Source of the DNA: Magallana gigas
Taxonomy: Eukaryota
NCBI RefSeq assembly: GCF_963853765.1
Contig: NC_088853.1
Location: forward strand, 16,740,001-16,804,000
Reading direction: 5' to 3'
Length of the DNA: 64,000 bases
Shown: one piece after another, positions 63,761 through 64,000 of the stretch
Numbering within the stretch: position 1 is the stretch's first letter
How the letters are laid out: each line of letters begins with the position of its first letter
Program-made: the position numbers and the translations under genes
The notes under the pieces: model-generated
What the model saw: only the letters and a program-made list of their open reading frames with translations
Databases searched by the model: none
What the model was told of the DNA's origin: nothing

Positions 63761-64000
63761 GCCTTTGCGTATCGAATTAACTGAGAGACGAAAACACCAT
63801 ATGCAGATTATAAAGGTATATTGCTACATTAGCAAGGAAAGTTGACTATAAAAATACATAAAAGAAGTGTTTATCATTAAGTTTTCTTGTTAGGTTACCA
63901 TCAATGTCCATTTCCAGTTTTGCACAAAATATAACTCGTGAATTCTATGTTGAGCTGAGGAAAGTTAATTTTATCTTGATTTTTGTAATAAAGTAAAACA

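Overview
This is AT-rich, intron-rich animal genomic DNA. The repeat families and gene types suggest a bivalve, probably an oyster; that assignment is inference. Four protein-coding genes can be spliced by hand with GT-AG junctions and consistent phases. (1) A 5'-truncated YME1L/FtsH-type i-AAA zinc protease on + (625-7585, 15 exons). (2) A complete 10-exon, 549-aa SLC22-family transporter on - (33010-13524). (3) A 2-exon, 367-aa rhodopsin-class peptide-type GPCR on - with a TATA+Inr core promoter (39256-36245). (4) A 6-exon, 333-aa secreted protein with signal peptide, PAN/Apple, EGF-like, Sushi and C-type lectin domains on - (60251-49329). The rest is introns and intergenic DNA with many non-autonomous elements and microsatellites. 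The strongest unusual signal is repeated tandem duplication of splice sites: a 1.7-kb, 36-bp minisatellite whose last unit is the working 3' splice site of SLC22 exon 7, plus three other duplicated acceptors in two genes, whose best-preserved copies would each introduce a premature stop. Also notable are TTAA-flanked TIR elements carrying a tRNA-like Pol III promoter, several unrelated palindromic elements centred on a cGAAg mini-hairpin, and a 1.2-kb TGT...ACA element with a 6-bp target-site duplication. There is no CRISPR array, rRNA gene or intact tRNA gene. All coordinates were read by eye, and repeat boundaries are approximate.
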